Part shown: positions 43,621-53,234 of the stretch, in pieces
Numbering within the stretch: the stretch's first letter is position 1
Layout: every line of letters begins with the position of its first letter
From: Acidobacteriota bacterium
GTDB lineage: Bacteria; Acidobacteriota; UBA890; WLXD01
Direction: 5' to 3'
Length of the DNA stretch: 64,000 bases
Assembly (NCBI GenBank): GCA_963666055.2
Contig: CAXWPH010000014.1
Location: 416,001-480,000 of the forward strand
The notes under the pieces: model-generated
Seen by the model: the letters and a program-made list of their open reading frames with translations, nothing else
Database searches by the model: none
What the model was told of the DNA's origin: nothing
Position numbers and translations under genes: made by a program

Positions 43621-44223
43621 TCACGCGGCGCCTGAGCGCACCATGGCCTCCAGAGCTATGCGCGGACAGATGTTGTCGTGGATGTAGTCGAGGAGGCTCG
43701 TGGCCACGCCGCGGATCCGTTTCTCCGTGGCCTCATCAAGGCAGTTGCCCTCTTCGTCGAAGACTTTCTGGACTCCGGCCACAGAGACCGGCCCCGGCAG
43801 GACGATGGCCCCAACGTGGGAGCAAATGCCGCGCAAGGCCTCGAGCGACTTGATGGCGCCGATCTGGCCAGCCGCTACCCCGAGCAGCGCAACGGGCTTG
43901 CCCGCCAGGACGGACGGGAATCCCAAGTTCTCGATCACCAGCTTGATGACGCTGCTGTAACCACCGTGGTACTCGGGCGTGGAGAGGATGACGCCGGTAG
44001 CCTGAGAGACGGCCTCACGCAAACTCTCGCCGGAGCCGTCTGTGTCCTCCCGTCCCGGAAAAGGAAGCGTCAGGGTGGATGGGTCGATTACCTCCACCGT
44101 GGCATCGTCGCGCCGGCGGATCTCAGCGGCGACCAAGTTGAGGGCCTTGCCAGTGTAGTTGCCGGGCCTCACGGTGCCGATCACCGCGACGATGCGGATC
44201 CCTGCTTTTGATCCCGTGCTCAT
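43621..44223 (-). CDS. NADPH-dependent FMN reductase (flavodoxin-like)
   Basis: GTVRPG, STPEYHGGYSSVIK, LAGKPVAL. Confidence 0.9.
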   Translation of the reverse strand: MSTGSKAGIRIVAVIGTVRPGNYTGKALNLVAAEIRRRDDATVEVIDPSTLTLPFPGREDTDGSGESLREAVSQATGVILSTPEYHGGYSSVIKLVIENLGFPSVLAGKPVALLGVAAGQIGAIKSLEALRGICSHVGAIVLPGPVSVAGVQKVFDEEGNCLDEATEKRIRGVATSLLDYIHDNICPRIALEAMVRSGAA

Positions 44224-44258
44224 GATCTGTCTCCTCCTTACAAGGTTTACCTCGCGGC

Positions 44259-44345
44259 GTGCACGTGCCGGGGCACACGTTCTGTTCTCATCTCGCGATG
44301 AGGGGAGCCCCGGCCAGGGCCGTTCAAGAGCTCGCCGGCACGGCG
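44259..44345 (+). pseudogene. Tyrosine integrase catalytic-box fragment
   Basis: VHVPGHTFCSHLAMRGAPARAVQELAG is a degenerate H-x-L-R-H-T-F...QELAGH box. Confidence 0.65.
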
Positions 44346-44377
44346 CTGGCGTCTCGACCTAGAACTAGTGCTCCTGA

Positions 44378-44929
44378 TCATAAGTACGGTGACGTTGCAG
44401 GAGCGAGATGTGGGAGAAAATCAAGGAAGCGCGAGGTAGGCGATGTCTGGGGCCATCGTGGAGGAGCGCTGACGCGGAGTTCGCCCACATATCGGTCCTG
44501 CCCTCGGCTGGTTCCGGCATCGTCGACCAGCCTCATCCTGCCGTTCTCGAAGCCGCCATTGATGTATAGCGGTGCCCCGTCAACATCGATCCATGTTTGG
44601 TGCCACTTGCCGTTGGCAGCATCGTAGAAGTTGTAGCTAGAACCGCGATGACCCGTGCTCCCGCGCCAGCTTTCGTGCAGAGCACAGCCGCCCAGGACCT
44701 TGTCGATTCGATTGCTCCCGACTCGCTGTCCCTGCGGGTTGAAGACCTCCCAATCGCCGATCCAGAAATCGAACTGCCGATGTTCGGGCGTCGAGCACGG
44801 ACGCTGCTGCTGCTGCGGGCTGGCCGGCAAGGTGGCGTCGCGCTCAGGCTCGATGAGCGCTTGAGGATTCGCGGGGGCGGCCGCCAACAGTACGACGGCG
44901 GTGATCAGGGCAGTGTGTCGGATCTGCAT
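44378..44929 (-). CDS. Secreted hypothetical protein (DUF1579-like), C-terminus probably truncated
   Basis: Signal peptide; CSTPEHRQFDFWIGDWEV, GGCALHESW, WHQTWID. Confidence 0.65.
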   Translation of the reverse strand: MQIRHTALITAVVLLAAAPANPQALIEPERDATLPASPQQQQRPCSTPEHRQFDFWIGDWEVFNPQGQRVGSNRIDKVLGGCALHESWRGSTGHRGSSYNFYDAANGKWHQTWIDVDGAPLYINGGFENGRMRLVDDAGTSRGQDRYVGELRVSAPPRWPQTSPTSRFLDFLPHLAPATSPYL

Positions 44930-46773
44930 GATGATGCTCCCGGGGATGACGTGTGGGCGTCTTCGGTCGATCCTTCGAAGCCGCGCCAACTCCTGTCGAA
45001 TACGGCCTTCTGCTTGTCGTAATGCGGATCGTCCTCAATGGTCTTGAGCAGGCGCCAATACGATTTGTAGGTGGTGTAGTTCTCGAGCACATCGAGGATG
45101 AACCCCTCCTCGATGGCCTGGCGCATGCTATACAGATGAAAAGGGTGGAACTCGCCTGCGTCGTCCCTCCTGCCAAACAGCTCGAGGGTCTTCTCCTTCG
45201 GAGTGGCGGTGAAGGCGAAGAAGCTCATGTTGGGTGGGAAGCGCCGTCCCTCGGCAGCCTCGACCCATAGGCGCTGGCCGTCGTCTTCCTCTTCGCCCAG
45301 ATCAGCGCGGGCCGCCGCCTCGAGGCTATCGGCCGTGAAGACGCGCTTGATGGCCTCGGGGCTGTCGCCCGCCTGTGAGGAATGGGCTTCGTCGACAATC
45401 ACCGCGAACTGGCCACCGGGCACCTCTTGGGCGGGACCGAGTGCCTTGCCCTGCTTGGCGTCCTTGCGCGCCATCTCGCGAATCGCCTCCAGCATGGCAG
45501 GGAACTTCTGTAGCGTCGTCACGATGATGGTCTTGCCGGAGGCCACAGCTTCTCTCAGCTGGCGCGAGGTCGTATCGATGTTCTCCACCACCCCGAGGGT
45601 CTGCTCGAATTGGCGCACGCTGCGCTGTAGTTGACGGTCGAGAACCCGGCGATCGGTGATCACGAGGATGGAGTCGAAGACCCGGCGATCGTCGCGGTCG
45701 AAGAGGAGCGAGAGCTGGTGGGCAAGCCAGGCGATCGTAAAGCTCTTGCCGCTGCCCGCCGAGTGCTGGATGAGGTAGCGCTGCCCCGGGCCGCGGCGAC
45801 GCGCATCGGCCACCAGCTTGCGTACCGCCTCGAGTTGCTGGTAGCGGGGGAAGATAATGAATCGCTTGCCCGTCTTGCGGCCCTTGTCGTTCTCTTCCTC
45901 CACTTCGTGGATGAACTGGCGGATCAGGTCCAGCACGCTGTCGCGCGCCCAGATACGTTCCCACAGGTAGCGGGTGGCGTAGCCTTGCTCGGTGGGAGGC
46001 ACCGGAGGGTTGCCAGCGCCGCGGAATTTCCCCTGGTTGAAGGGCAGGAACAGGGTCTTCTCACCTCGCAACACCGTGGTGACGTAGACGAGATCGGGAT
46101 CAACGGCGAAATGGGCCAGGCAGCGCCCGTAGGTGAAGAGCGGCTCACGGGGGTCGCGGTCTTCTTGGTACTGCTCGATGGCGTCCTGGACATTCTGCCC
46201 GGTAAGCGGGTTCTTGAGCTCCGCAGTGAAGATCGGAATGCCGTTCAGAAACAGTCCCAGGTCGACGCTGGGCCCGGTCAGTTTCTTGTCCTCGTCGTCG
46301 CTGGTCGGCCGGTAATACAGCTGGCGCAGCACGGCAAAGAGGTTGGCGGCGTGTAGTCGTTGGAGCTCCTCGTTGAGCCCGCTCGGCGGCCGGAAGTAGG
46401 CGAGCTGGAACCTACAGCCCGAGTCCTTGATACCGTTGCGAAGCACATCGAGGGCGCCCCGCCGACCGATCTCGCGGGAGAGGCGCTTCAGGAAGCGGTC
46501 CCGCAAATCCGCCCCGTGGTGCTGCTCGAGCTTCTCCCACTCCTTCGGTTGGGTGGCGAGGATGAAGTTGAGGACGTCCACCGGGACGAGGCACAGCCCT
46601 GCTTCGTAGTCGCGGGACGAACGCTTGCGGTAACCGCCAGGCGCGTCCTCGCCGTAGGTGGGCGCCACCTCGCGCACGAGCGACGAATCGCCCACGCAGG
46701 CATCCGGCCCACGCTCGAGCAGCGCACACTCGATAGCGTCTTCGAAGGCGCGTTCCGAGATCTCGGGACTCAT
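44905..46773 (-). pseudogene. hsdR: Type I restriction subunit R, C-terminally truncated near 45000
   Basis: NGIPIFTAELKN, HSAGSGKS, DEAH, FTATP, YSMRQAIEEGFILDVL; only 622 aa, with later helicase motifs missing. Confidence 0.88.
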
Positions 46774-48113
46774 GCGACTTTCACTCGAACGTCGATCTTG
46801 CCGGTGACTGCCGCGGAAATAAGGGAGGTGCGGAGTTCCGCGAGCCTCTCTATCGCGGTGCCAATTCGCGCGACCACCTTCTGCAGATGTTCAAGCTGAC
46901 AGTTCAAGCGATTCGCGAGCACTTGCTGTTCCGCAATCGGAGGAATAGGGACGGTCGCATTTCGCAGGTCCACGAGATGAATGTGAGGCAGCGCTGATCC
47001 GACCTTTGTTGACTGAAGTTGCTCTTGCACAGGGCAAGATTCAATAGCGAACCGCATGAAGTCAGAGGCAATGTTCTCGGTGCGGAGCTTCATCAGAGCG
47101 ACCGAAACGAAGATGCTGAACTCGTGGTCTGTGTCTACTACGCGCGGGATTCCCAGTGTCGCGCCGTCCTTTGTGAGGAGAATGTCACCCCTCTGCGGAT
47201 TCGCACGTTTCACGAATTCCCGGTGATCATCTTCTGAGATGTAGTTGAGGTCGTCGAACGATATTCCTTCCGCCCTACTAAGGTTCTTCACTGTTACGAA
47301 CGGCACGCCCACTTCCACATACCTGGGGGTGTGATGAACACCGTCAACAATTCGAGTACACAGGAACTTTGTTCGAGAGGTCCCCCAATGCGCTGGGATC
47401 TCGCCCAACCACTCGATACCGGAGTCCTTCATGGGGGCGCTCGGGTCGAGGCCCTTGGTGACGGCGTGGCTGATGAGGGCGTTGCGCTGCTCTTGGAGCA
47501 GCTTGATCAGCTCCTCCTTCTTCGCCACCAACACATCAATCTTCCCTGTCTCCCGAGTCAGGAACGCCACGATAGCTCGCTGTTCGTTGAGAGGCGGCAG
47601 CGCCGCCTCGCTGTTCGCGACCCGTTCGGGATTGGCGCGCGGCATCTTGGCGCCATACGTTGCTGCGTTGATCCAGGCAACGAACCCGCGACTCAGGAGT
47701 TGGTAACAGAGAAACTCCGGCTCTATCTCCGGCGAGGCCCTCAGAACCAGAAGTTCGGTTGAGCAGGTCCCCGAGGAGCGGGTCCGAACTACCTTTGCTA
47801 GATAAGGTCGGAGCTTGCCGAACAGCACATCGCCCTTGAGAAATCTGGCCGTTACGCTCTCGGCGATTTCGCGGCCCTTGGTTGCCAGGAGTCGCCCGGT
47901 GCCGGATTCAATGTGCTCGAGACCAACGTACGGAGTATCTGGCTCTGGAGCGTAGGCTCGCTCATCAGAAATCGGCGCCACGTACTTGAGTCTCTTCACG
48001 CGCCAGTGAGTGGGAACGTCTCCGATCCAAGCACAACCTGACGGCCTCATACTTGGGTACCCACTGATGGCATCACCAGACATCTCATGCCACTCGCTCT
48101 TTTGTTCAGACAT
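46770..48113 (-). CDS. hsdS: Type I RM specificity subunit
   Basis: Two TRDs with conserved PPLNEQRAI..., AVTKGLD..MKDSGIEWLGEIPAHW, LISAAVTGKIDVR. Confidence 0.93.
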   Translation of the reverse strand: MSEQKSEWHEMSGDAISGYPSMRPSGCAWIGDVPTHWRVKRLKYVAPISDERAYAPEPDTPYVGLEHIESGTGRLLATKGREIAESVTARFLKGDVLFGKLRPYLAKVVRTRSSGTCSTELLVLRASPEIEPEFLCYQLLSRGFVAWINAATYGAKMPRANPERVANSEAALPPLNEQRAIVAFLTRETGKIDVLVAKKEELIKLLQEQRNALISHAVTKGLDPSAPMKDSGIEWLGEIPAHWGTSRTKFLCTRIVDGVHHTPRYVEVGVPFVTVKNLSRAEGISFDDLNYISEDDHREFVKRANPQRGDILLTKDGATLGIPRVVDTDHEFSIFVSVALMKLRTENIASDFMRFAIESCPVQEQLQSTKVGSALPHIHLVDLRNATVPIPPIAEQQVLANRLNCQLEHLQKVVARIGTAIERLAELRTSLISAAVTGKIDVRVKVA

Positions 48114-49089
48114 TTCTGTCCACTCCGCCAAGGCCGCGCGCCCCAAACTCGCCGTGCCCACGCGTCGTTTGCCACGGGCCTCCCCTGGGCCATGCTCGAG
48201 CGAAGTCGTCACCGTGCGCCAGGCTCTCTCGCAACGGCCCGAGGAACGCGATCACTCGCTCACCCACATCTGCGAAGGAGTCGGGGACTTCTAGTCTCAC
48301 AAAGGAATTCTGTCGAAACGCCTGCCACATCTGGGTGCGACGCTCGTCCTGATAGAACATGGGGCTTAACGCCTCGGGCACAGCGTCCCCCATCGGCGTC
48401 CCGCGCTGCCGGAAAGTCTCGTCGACTGCCGTCTGCAGCGTCTCCCCGTCGAAGTCGAACTGCTGCGAAAGAACGACCACATCCCAGAAGTCCTTCATGC
48501 GCGTGTTGCCCACACCGAGACTCACCATCGCCTCGAACTTCTCGGCGATCACGGTCTCGCGCGGATAGACCCAGACGCGCGGAGCGGCATGATCGAGCAG
48601 CGTCGGATACTCGGCCACCTCGCGGCCGGGGTGGATGGTGTCGCCGAAGCCGACATCGACCTGGAGCGGTATCCTCGCGTTGCCGAGTTGGAACACGAGC
48701 TTCACGCGCAGACCTGCGTCACCATGCTCACTGCGAATGTCTTCGATGCGAATCGTGGCCGGATCGAAGGTGAGGCCGTCCCGGGGATCCTCGATAGCGC
48801 AGATTGCTGCGATGGCCTCGCGGATGGCCTCGTGGTCAGCTGCCCCGGTGCCGAGGAGATCCACATCGCGGGTGGCCCGGAACTCGTCGCCGCCCCAGAT
48901 CAGAAAGAGAGCCGCGCCCTTCAATGTGAAGCGGTCGACCTCGCTGGAAACGCCGAGTCGATAGAGGAATCGCTCTGCCGCGTAGCGCTGCAGGACGAGG
49001 TCGAAGACCGCGTTGTTTGCGTCCGCCCAGTTCTTGAGCCGCTGGCGCACCGACGCGACGACATTCTTGATTTTATTCGCGTTTGTCAT
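48106..49089 (-). CDS. abiEii: AbiEii-family nucleotidyltransferase toxin (type IV TA)
   Basis: ASVRQRL, ERFLYRL, LKGA, RATRDVDL, ETVIAEKFEA, NTRMKDFWD. Confidence 0.9.
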   Translation of the reverse strand: MTNANKIKNVVASVRQRLKNWADANNAVFDLVLQRYAAERFLYRLGVSSEVDRFTLKGAALFLIWGGDEFRATRDVDLLGTGAADHEAIREAIAAICAIEDPRDGLTFDPATIRIEDIRSEHGDAGLRVKLVFQLGNARIPLQVDVGFGDTIHPGREVAEYPTLLDHAAPRVWVYPRETVIAEKFEAMVSLGVGNTRMKDFWDVVVLSQQFDFDGETLQTAVDETFRQRGTPMGDAVPEALSPMFYQDERRTQMWQAFRQNSFVRLEVPDSFADVGERVIAFLGPLRESLAHGDDFARAWPRGGPWQTTRGHGEFGARGLGGVDRNV

Positions 49090-49706
49090 CGCGCCAGCGC
49101 CTCCAGGTACGGGGTGATGACGGATGTCGACTTGCTCGTGCGACAGACTTCGTCGGCTCGAGCGATCTCCGCCGGGGTGGCCTTGCGCTGGCGAATGGCA
49201 TCGCGCAGCGCTTCGATGGCTATGTCTTTGCCCACGAGGCGGAGCTTCCAGGGGTGGAAACAGTCGGCCACGGTGCGGGCAGGATTGGTTATGCGGGCGG
49301 GGACGCCTTCCAGCCGCACCTCCTCCACGCCGTATTGAAGTTGGGCGGCATTGAACCGAACGACCCGGACCGGCAGCTCTGGAATGTGAGGCGCCCGCGC
49401 CTTGCGGGCGATTCCGATCCAGACCTTGCGTGGAAGCTGGGTGCCGAGCTCGTGGTACCGCAGCGCCGTGAGGAGGCAGAGCACTGCCTCGGGTACGCGC
49501 GCGCTGACGGCAGCCAGGGAATAGTCCTCGGTGGGCTCGGCCTCGGCGAGGTGGTAGAGACCTCGAGAGATGCGCTCGACGACCCCAGCGGCGACGAGCT
49601 GCCGCAGCTCGGCCGGACCGATGCCGAGAAGCTCGAGATCCCGCGAGCGGAAGAAGGCTCCCAGATCAACCTGCTGGAGTTGGCTCAATGTGAGTTCGGG
49701 CTTCAT
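49086..49706 (-). CDS. abiEi: AbiEi-family antitoxin (type IV TA)
   Basis: ERISRGLY, CLLTALRYHELGTQLP, TNPARTVADCF; ATGA overlap with the toxin. Confidence 0.88.
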   Translation of the reverse strand: MKPELTLSQLQQVDLGAFFRSRDLELLGIGPAELRQLVAAGVVERISRGLYHLAEAEPTEDYSLAAVSARVPEAVLCLLTALRYHELGTQLPRKVWIGIARKARAPHIPELPVRVVRFNAAQLQYGVEEVRLEGVPARITNPARTVADCFHPWKLRLVGKDIAIEALRDAIRQRKATPAEIARADEVCRTSKSTSVITPYLEALAR

Positions 49707-49715
49707 AGTGCAGGG

Positions 49716-49786
49716 ATTATGAAACTGAACACAAAAATGCGCAAGCGCCGACGTTTTCAGCGACCGAAAGGCCGGAAACGTCGGCG
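49716..49786 (-). promoter_or_regulatory. Sigma70-like promoter for abiEi with adjacent 11-bp inverted repeat
   Basis: Minus strand TTGCGC-N17-CATAAT, 9 nt before the ATG; CGCCGACGTTT (49746-56) / AAACGTCGGCG (49776-86). Confidence 0.6.
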
Positions 49787-49881
49787 AGAAGCGGAATTGT
49801 AAACGTTTCGAATGGGAAGTGTCTCGTGGACGCAGGCACCGGGAGCTAGGCGCCAAGCGGCAACACGTCCATCCCCGCGAT

Positions 49882-52077
49882 TTAGCAGAGCAGATCTTCG
49901 GAGGCGCTGCCGGTGATCTCAGCAAGCATCCGAACGATGTCCTTCTCGATCGCTCGGATATCGCCCTCGATGTCGGCCAGTTCACGCGGCGGCGTGTAGC
50001 GATAGAAGTAACGGTTGAAGTTGATCTCGTAGCCGACGATTCCGACTTCCCCGTCTTTCTCGTCGTACTTGCCAAGGCTTATCCACGCGTCCGGCACGTG
50101 TGGTTTCACCTCGCGTTCGAAGAACGCCTCGATGGCCTCGGACAGGGGCACACTCTCCGTGTCGCGCAGCTCGGGATCGGGCTCCAGCTCGCCGTCGCTA
50201 TTGTGGCAGGGGGGCGCCTCGGGGTCGCGTTCGGAAAGGGTCGCGAGGATCGCCTTCTTGATCGGGCTTGGCAGCTTGATCTGCGCGTCCTTGGCGGCGC
50301 TCACCAGCACTGCTTCAAACGCGTCGCGATCGTCCATACGCGCGCTCGGCAGTGCTGCGAGAAGCTGGCGGATCTCGCCCTGTTGCTCGCGGCCCGCCTC
50401 CTCCTCCTTCTCGCGGGCGGCAGTCTGCTTCTTCTTCGAAGTAGCGAGGTTCGCAAAGGCGCGCACGTCGTCAAGCCGGGCGATGCGCTCTGCACTGGCC
50501 TCGAAGTTGAGCCGCAGGGGGCGCTCGACCGTGATCTTGCGAAACCCGAAGTGTGGGGTCGGAAAGATCTTGCTGACCGTCACCTCGCGCGCCTTCTCCG
50601 GATCGCCATCCGGTGCGGGGATCGTTCGCACTGCGTCGTGCTCGAAGTCAGCGAAGATCTGGAGGATCTCCTGGGCGCGGTCGAAAGGGATGCGGCGGCG
50701 CTTGTCGCCCAGGCTCTTCCTCATCTTGCGCCAAAAGTACTCGGAGCTGGCGTCGATGAGGTGCACCTGGCCCTTGCGCTCCGGCACTTTGCGATTGCTC
50801 AGGATCCACACGTAGGTCGCAATGCCCGTGTTGTAGAAGAGCTGCTCGGGTAGCGCGACCAGCGCCTCGAGCCAGTCGTTCTCGAGAATGAAGCGGCGGA
50901 TCTCACTCTCGCCGCTACCCGCATCGCCGGCGAAGAGCGGCGACCCATTCATGATTATGGCTACGCGAGAGCCCCCCTGCTCAGGCTCTTTGGCGTGCGC
51001 GAGCATGTGGAGAAGGAAAAGGAGCTGTCCATCGCTGATGCGCGGTAGCCCCGGACCGAAGCGCCCGCTGATGTTCTCGTGCTCGGCGCGGACGGCATCC
51101 TGATCGCGCTTCCAATCCTTGCCGTAGGGCGGGTTCGCGATCAGGTAGTCAAAGCCAGGCTGATCTGCGTGACGATCGTTCGAGAGCACGCTTCCGTAAA
51201 GGATCTGTTCGGCGTCGCCACCGTCCTTGGACTTCATGTAGAGATCAGACTTGCAGACGGCGAAAGTCTCCGGATTTACCTCCTGACCAAAGAGATGGAT
51301 GTCGGCCGTGTCGTTGATCGCGCCTCGCTCGAACTCCACCTCAGCGCCATTGGCGCCGCTCTGCTCTTCCTTGCGAATCCCGGCGGTGATGTGCTCCTTC
51401 GCGATGGTGAGCATGCCGCCCGAGCCACAGCACGGGTCATAGACGGTCAGCGTCTTGTTGGGCGTGCGAAGTTGTTCTTCGTCGCCGGCGAGCAACAGAT
51501 CGACCATGAGGTGTACGACATCGCGGGGCGTGAAGTGCTCGCCCGGGTTCTCGTTGAGGGCTTCGTTGAACTTGCGGATGAGCTCTTCGAAGATTGTGCC
51601 CATGGTGGCGTTGTCGACGCCGCCCTGTGCAGGGTCAGGGTGCAGGTTCACCTTCGGATCGTTGAAGCGCTGCATGACCTGAAAGAGAAGCCCAGCCTCG
51701 TCGAGCTTGCTGATGGTGTTGTCGAAGTCAAACTTTTCGACGACTTCGCGCATGTTGGGGCTAAAGCCGGCAATGTACTTGCGCAGGTTGGCGGCGAGAT
51801 TGTCGTGATCGGCGAGTAGACGATCGAAATCGAAGCTCGAGGTGTTGTAGAACGCGAAACCCGAGGCTGTGCGGAGCAGGCCATCGCGATTCTCGAGCTC
51901 GTCCTTGTACTTCGCCTCAGTCTCGAGGACAGCCTGCTTACTCTCTGCAAGGACGGAGTCCAGGCGACGCAGGACGGTGAGGGGCAGAATCACGTCCTGG
52001 TACTTGCCTCGCTTGAACGTATCGCGGATTAGGTTTGCGACATCCCAGAGGAACGAGACGATTTTGGAGTGATTCAC
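49882..52077 (-). CDS. hsdM: Type I RM N6-adenine methyltransferase subunit
   Basis: ILPLTVLRRLD, GEHFTPRDVV, YDPCCGSGGML, NPPY, FYNTGIATY, VGYEINFNRYFY. Confidence 0.95.
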   Translation of the reverse strand: MNHSKIVSFLWDVANLIRDTFKRGKYQDVILPLTVLRRLDSVLAESKQAVLETEAKYKDELENRDGLLRTASGFAFYNTSSFDFDRLLADHDNLAANLRKYIAGFSPNMREVVEKFDFDNTISKLDEAGLLFQVMQRFNDPKVNLHPDPAQGGVDNATMGTIFEELIRKFNEALNENPGEHFTPRDVVHLMVDLLLAGDEEQLRTPNKTLTVYDPCCGSGGMLTIAKEHITAGIRKEEQSGANGAEVEFERGAINDTADIHLFGQEVNPETFAVCKSDLYMKSKDGGDAEQILYGSVLSNDRHADQPGFDYLIANPPYGKDWKRDQDAVRAEHENISGRFGPGLPRISDGQLLFLLHMLAHAKEPEQGGSRVAIIMNGSPLFAGDAGSGESEIRRFILENDWLEALVALPEQLFYNTGIATYVWILSNRKVPERKGQVHLIDASSEYFWRKMRKSLGDKRRRIPFDRAQEILQIFADFEHDAVRTIPAPDGDPEKAREVTVSKIFPTPHFGFRKITVERPLRLNFEASAERIARLDDVRAFANLATSKKKQTAAREKEEEAGREQQGEIRQLLAALPSARMDDRDAFEAVLVSAAKDAQIKLPSPIKKAILATLSERDPEAPPCHNSDGELEPDPELRDTESVPLSEAIEAFFEREVKPHVPDAWISLGKYDEKDGEVGIVGYEINFNRYFYRYTPPRELADIEGDIRAIEKDIVRMLAEITGSASEDLLC

Positions 52078-52183
52078 CGTGGGGATCCTGCAGTGGACTC
52101 CTGCCGTCGAGGCAGGAGCGCTGCACGGAATAGTGACAGATCATGGTACCGGCCGCCGCGGGAACATCCGGTTGAATCAGGAT

Positions 52184-53209
52184 CTAGCGACCGACCGCAA
52201 GCACGATCTTTCCGAAGTGGCGGCTTTGCTCCATCGTTTCGTGCGCCTCGCTGACCTTGTCGAGCGGAAACACTTCGTGGATCAACGGCTCGATGGTGCG
52301 ATCCGCGAGCCGTGGCATCACGGCTTGGGTGAACTCGGCGACGATCCGCGCTTTCTCCTCGACGGGGCGCGAACGGAGCACTGACCCGATGATGCGCTGG
52401 CGCTTGACCATCATGCGCACCAGGTTGAGCTCGGCCTTGATGCCGCCCATCACCCCGATGATGATGAGGCTGCCACCCAGGGCCAGGGCTTTCATGTTGC
52501 CGGCCAGATATTTGGCGCCGATGTGATCGAGGATCAAGTCGGCGCCCTGGCCGTCGGTAAGCTCGCCGACGGCGGCGGCAAACTCTTGCGACGTATAGTC
52601 GATGGCCCGATGCGCTCCGAGCGCTTCGACGCGCTCGAGCTTGTGCGGCGAAGCGGTGACGAGAATCCTGGCATGCGGTGTGAGCAAGCGGCAAAGCTGG
52701 ATCGCTGCCGTGTTCACACCGCCGCCGCCACCGTGCAGCAGCGCGGTACGACCGTCTTCGAAGCCGCCGATCAGGAAGACATTGAGGAACGCGGTGATGT
52801 ACGTCTCGCACACACAAGCCGCTTCCTCGAAGCTCATGTTCTCGGGAATGGCGATCAGATGCTCGGCGTACGCGGCCGCGTATTCCGCGTACCCGCCACC
52901 GCCCACCAGGCACATCACCCGGTCGCCGAGCTTCCAGCCAGCGCCCTCGGCGCCATCCAGGCCCTCACCCGGCCCCTCACCTACCCCCTCGCCAAGCTGG
53001 GCGATCAACCCGGCCACCTCCAGCCCGAGGATCTCCGACTCGCCCGGCGGCGCCGGATAGTTGCCCTGGCGCTGGGTGATATCGGCGCGATTGACCGAGC
53101 TGGCGATCACCCTGATCAGCACCTGCCCGGGACCCAGAGCTGGCCGGTCGGTCTCGCCGACACGCAGCATATCGGCCCCACCGAATCCCTTGAGCAGGAC
53201 GGCCCTCAT
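52184..53209 (-). CDS. NAD(P)H-quinone oxidoreductase (PIG3/zeta-crystallin type)
   Basis: VNRADITQRQGNYPAPPGESEILGLEVAG, GGGYAEY, HFGKIVL. Confidence 0.9.
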   Translation of the reverse strand: MRAVLLKGFGGADMLRVGETDRPALGPGQVLIRVIASSVNRADITQRQGNYPAPPGESEILGLEVAGLIAQLGEGVGEGPGEGLDGAEGAGWKLGDRVMCLVGGGGYAEYAAAYAEHLIAIPENMSFEEAACVCETYITAFLNVFLIGGFEDGRTALLHGGGGGVNTAAIQLCRLLTPHARILVTASPHKLERVEALGAHRAIDYTSQEFAAAVGELTDGQGADLILDHIGAKYLAGNMKALALGGSLIIIGVMGGIKAELNLVRMMVKRQRIIGSVLRSRPVEEKARIVAEFTQAVMPRLADRTIEPLIHEVFPLDKVSEAHETMEQSRHFGKIVLAVGR

Positions 53210-53234
53210 AGCGATTGCGGTGTGGTTGGCGGGG

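Noticed and set aside
49707-50075. N-terminal extension of AbiEi to 50075
   Set aside because: Overlaps the hsdM 3' end and the promoter/IR; family similarity begins at the ATG at 49706.
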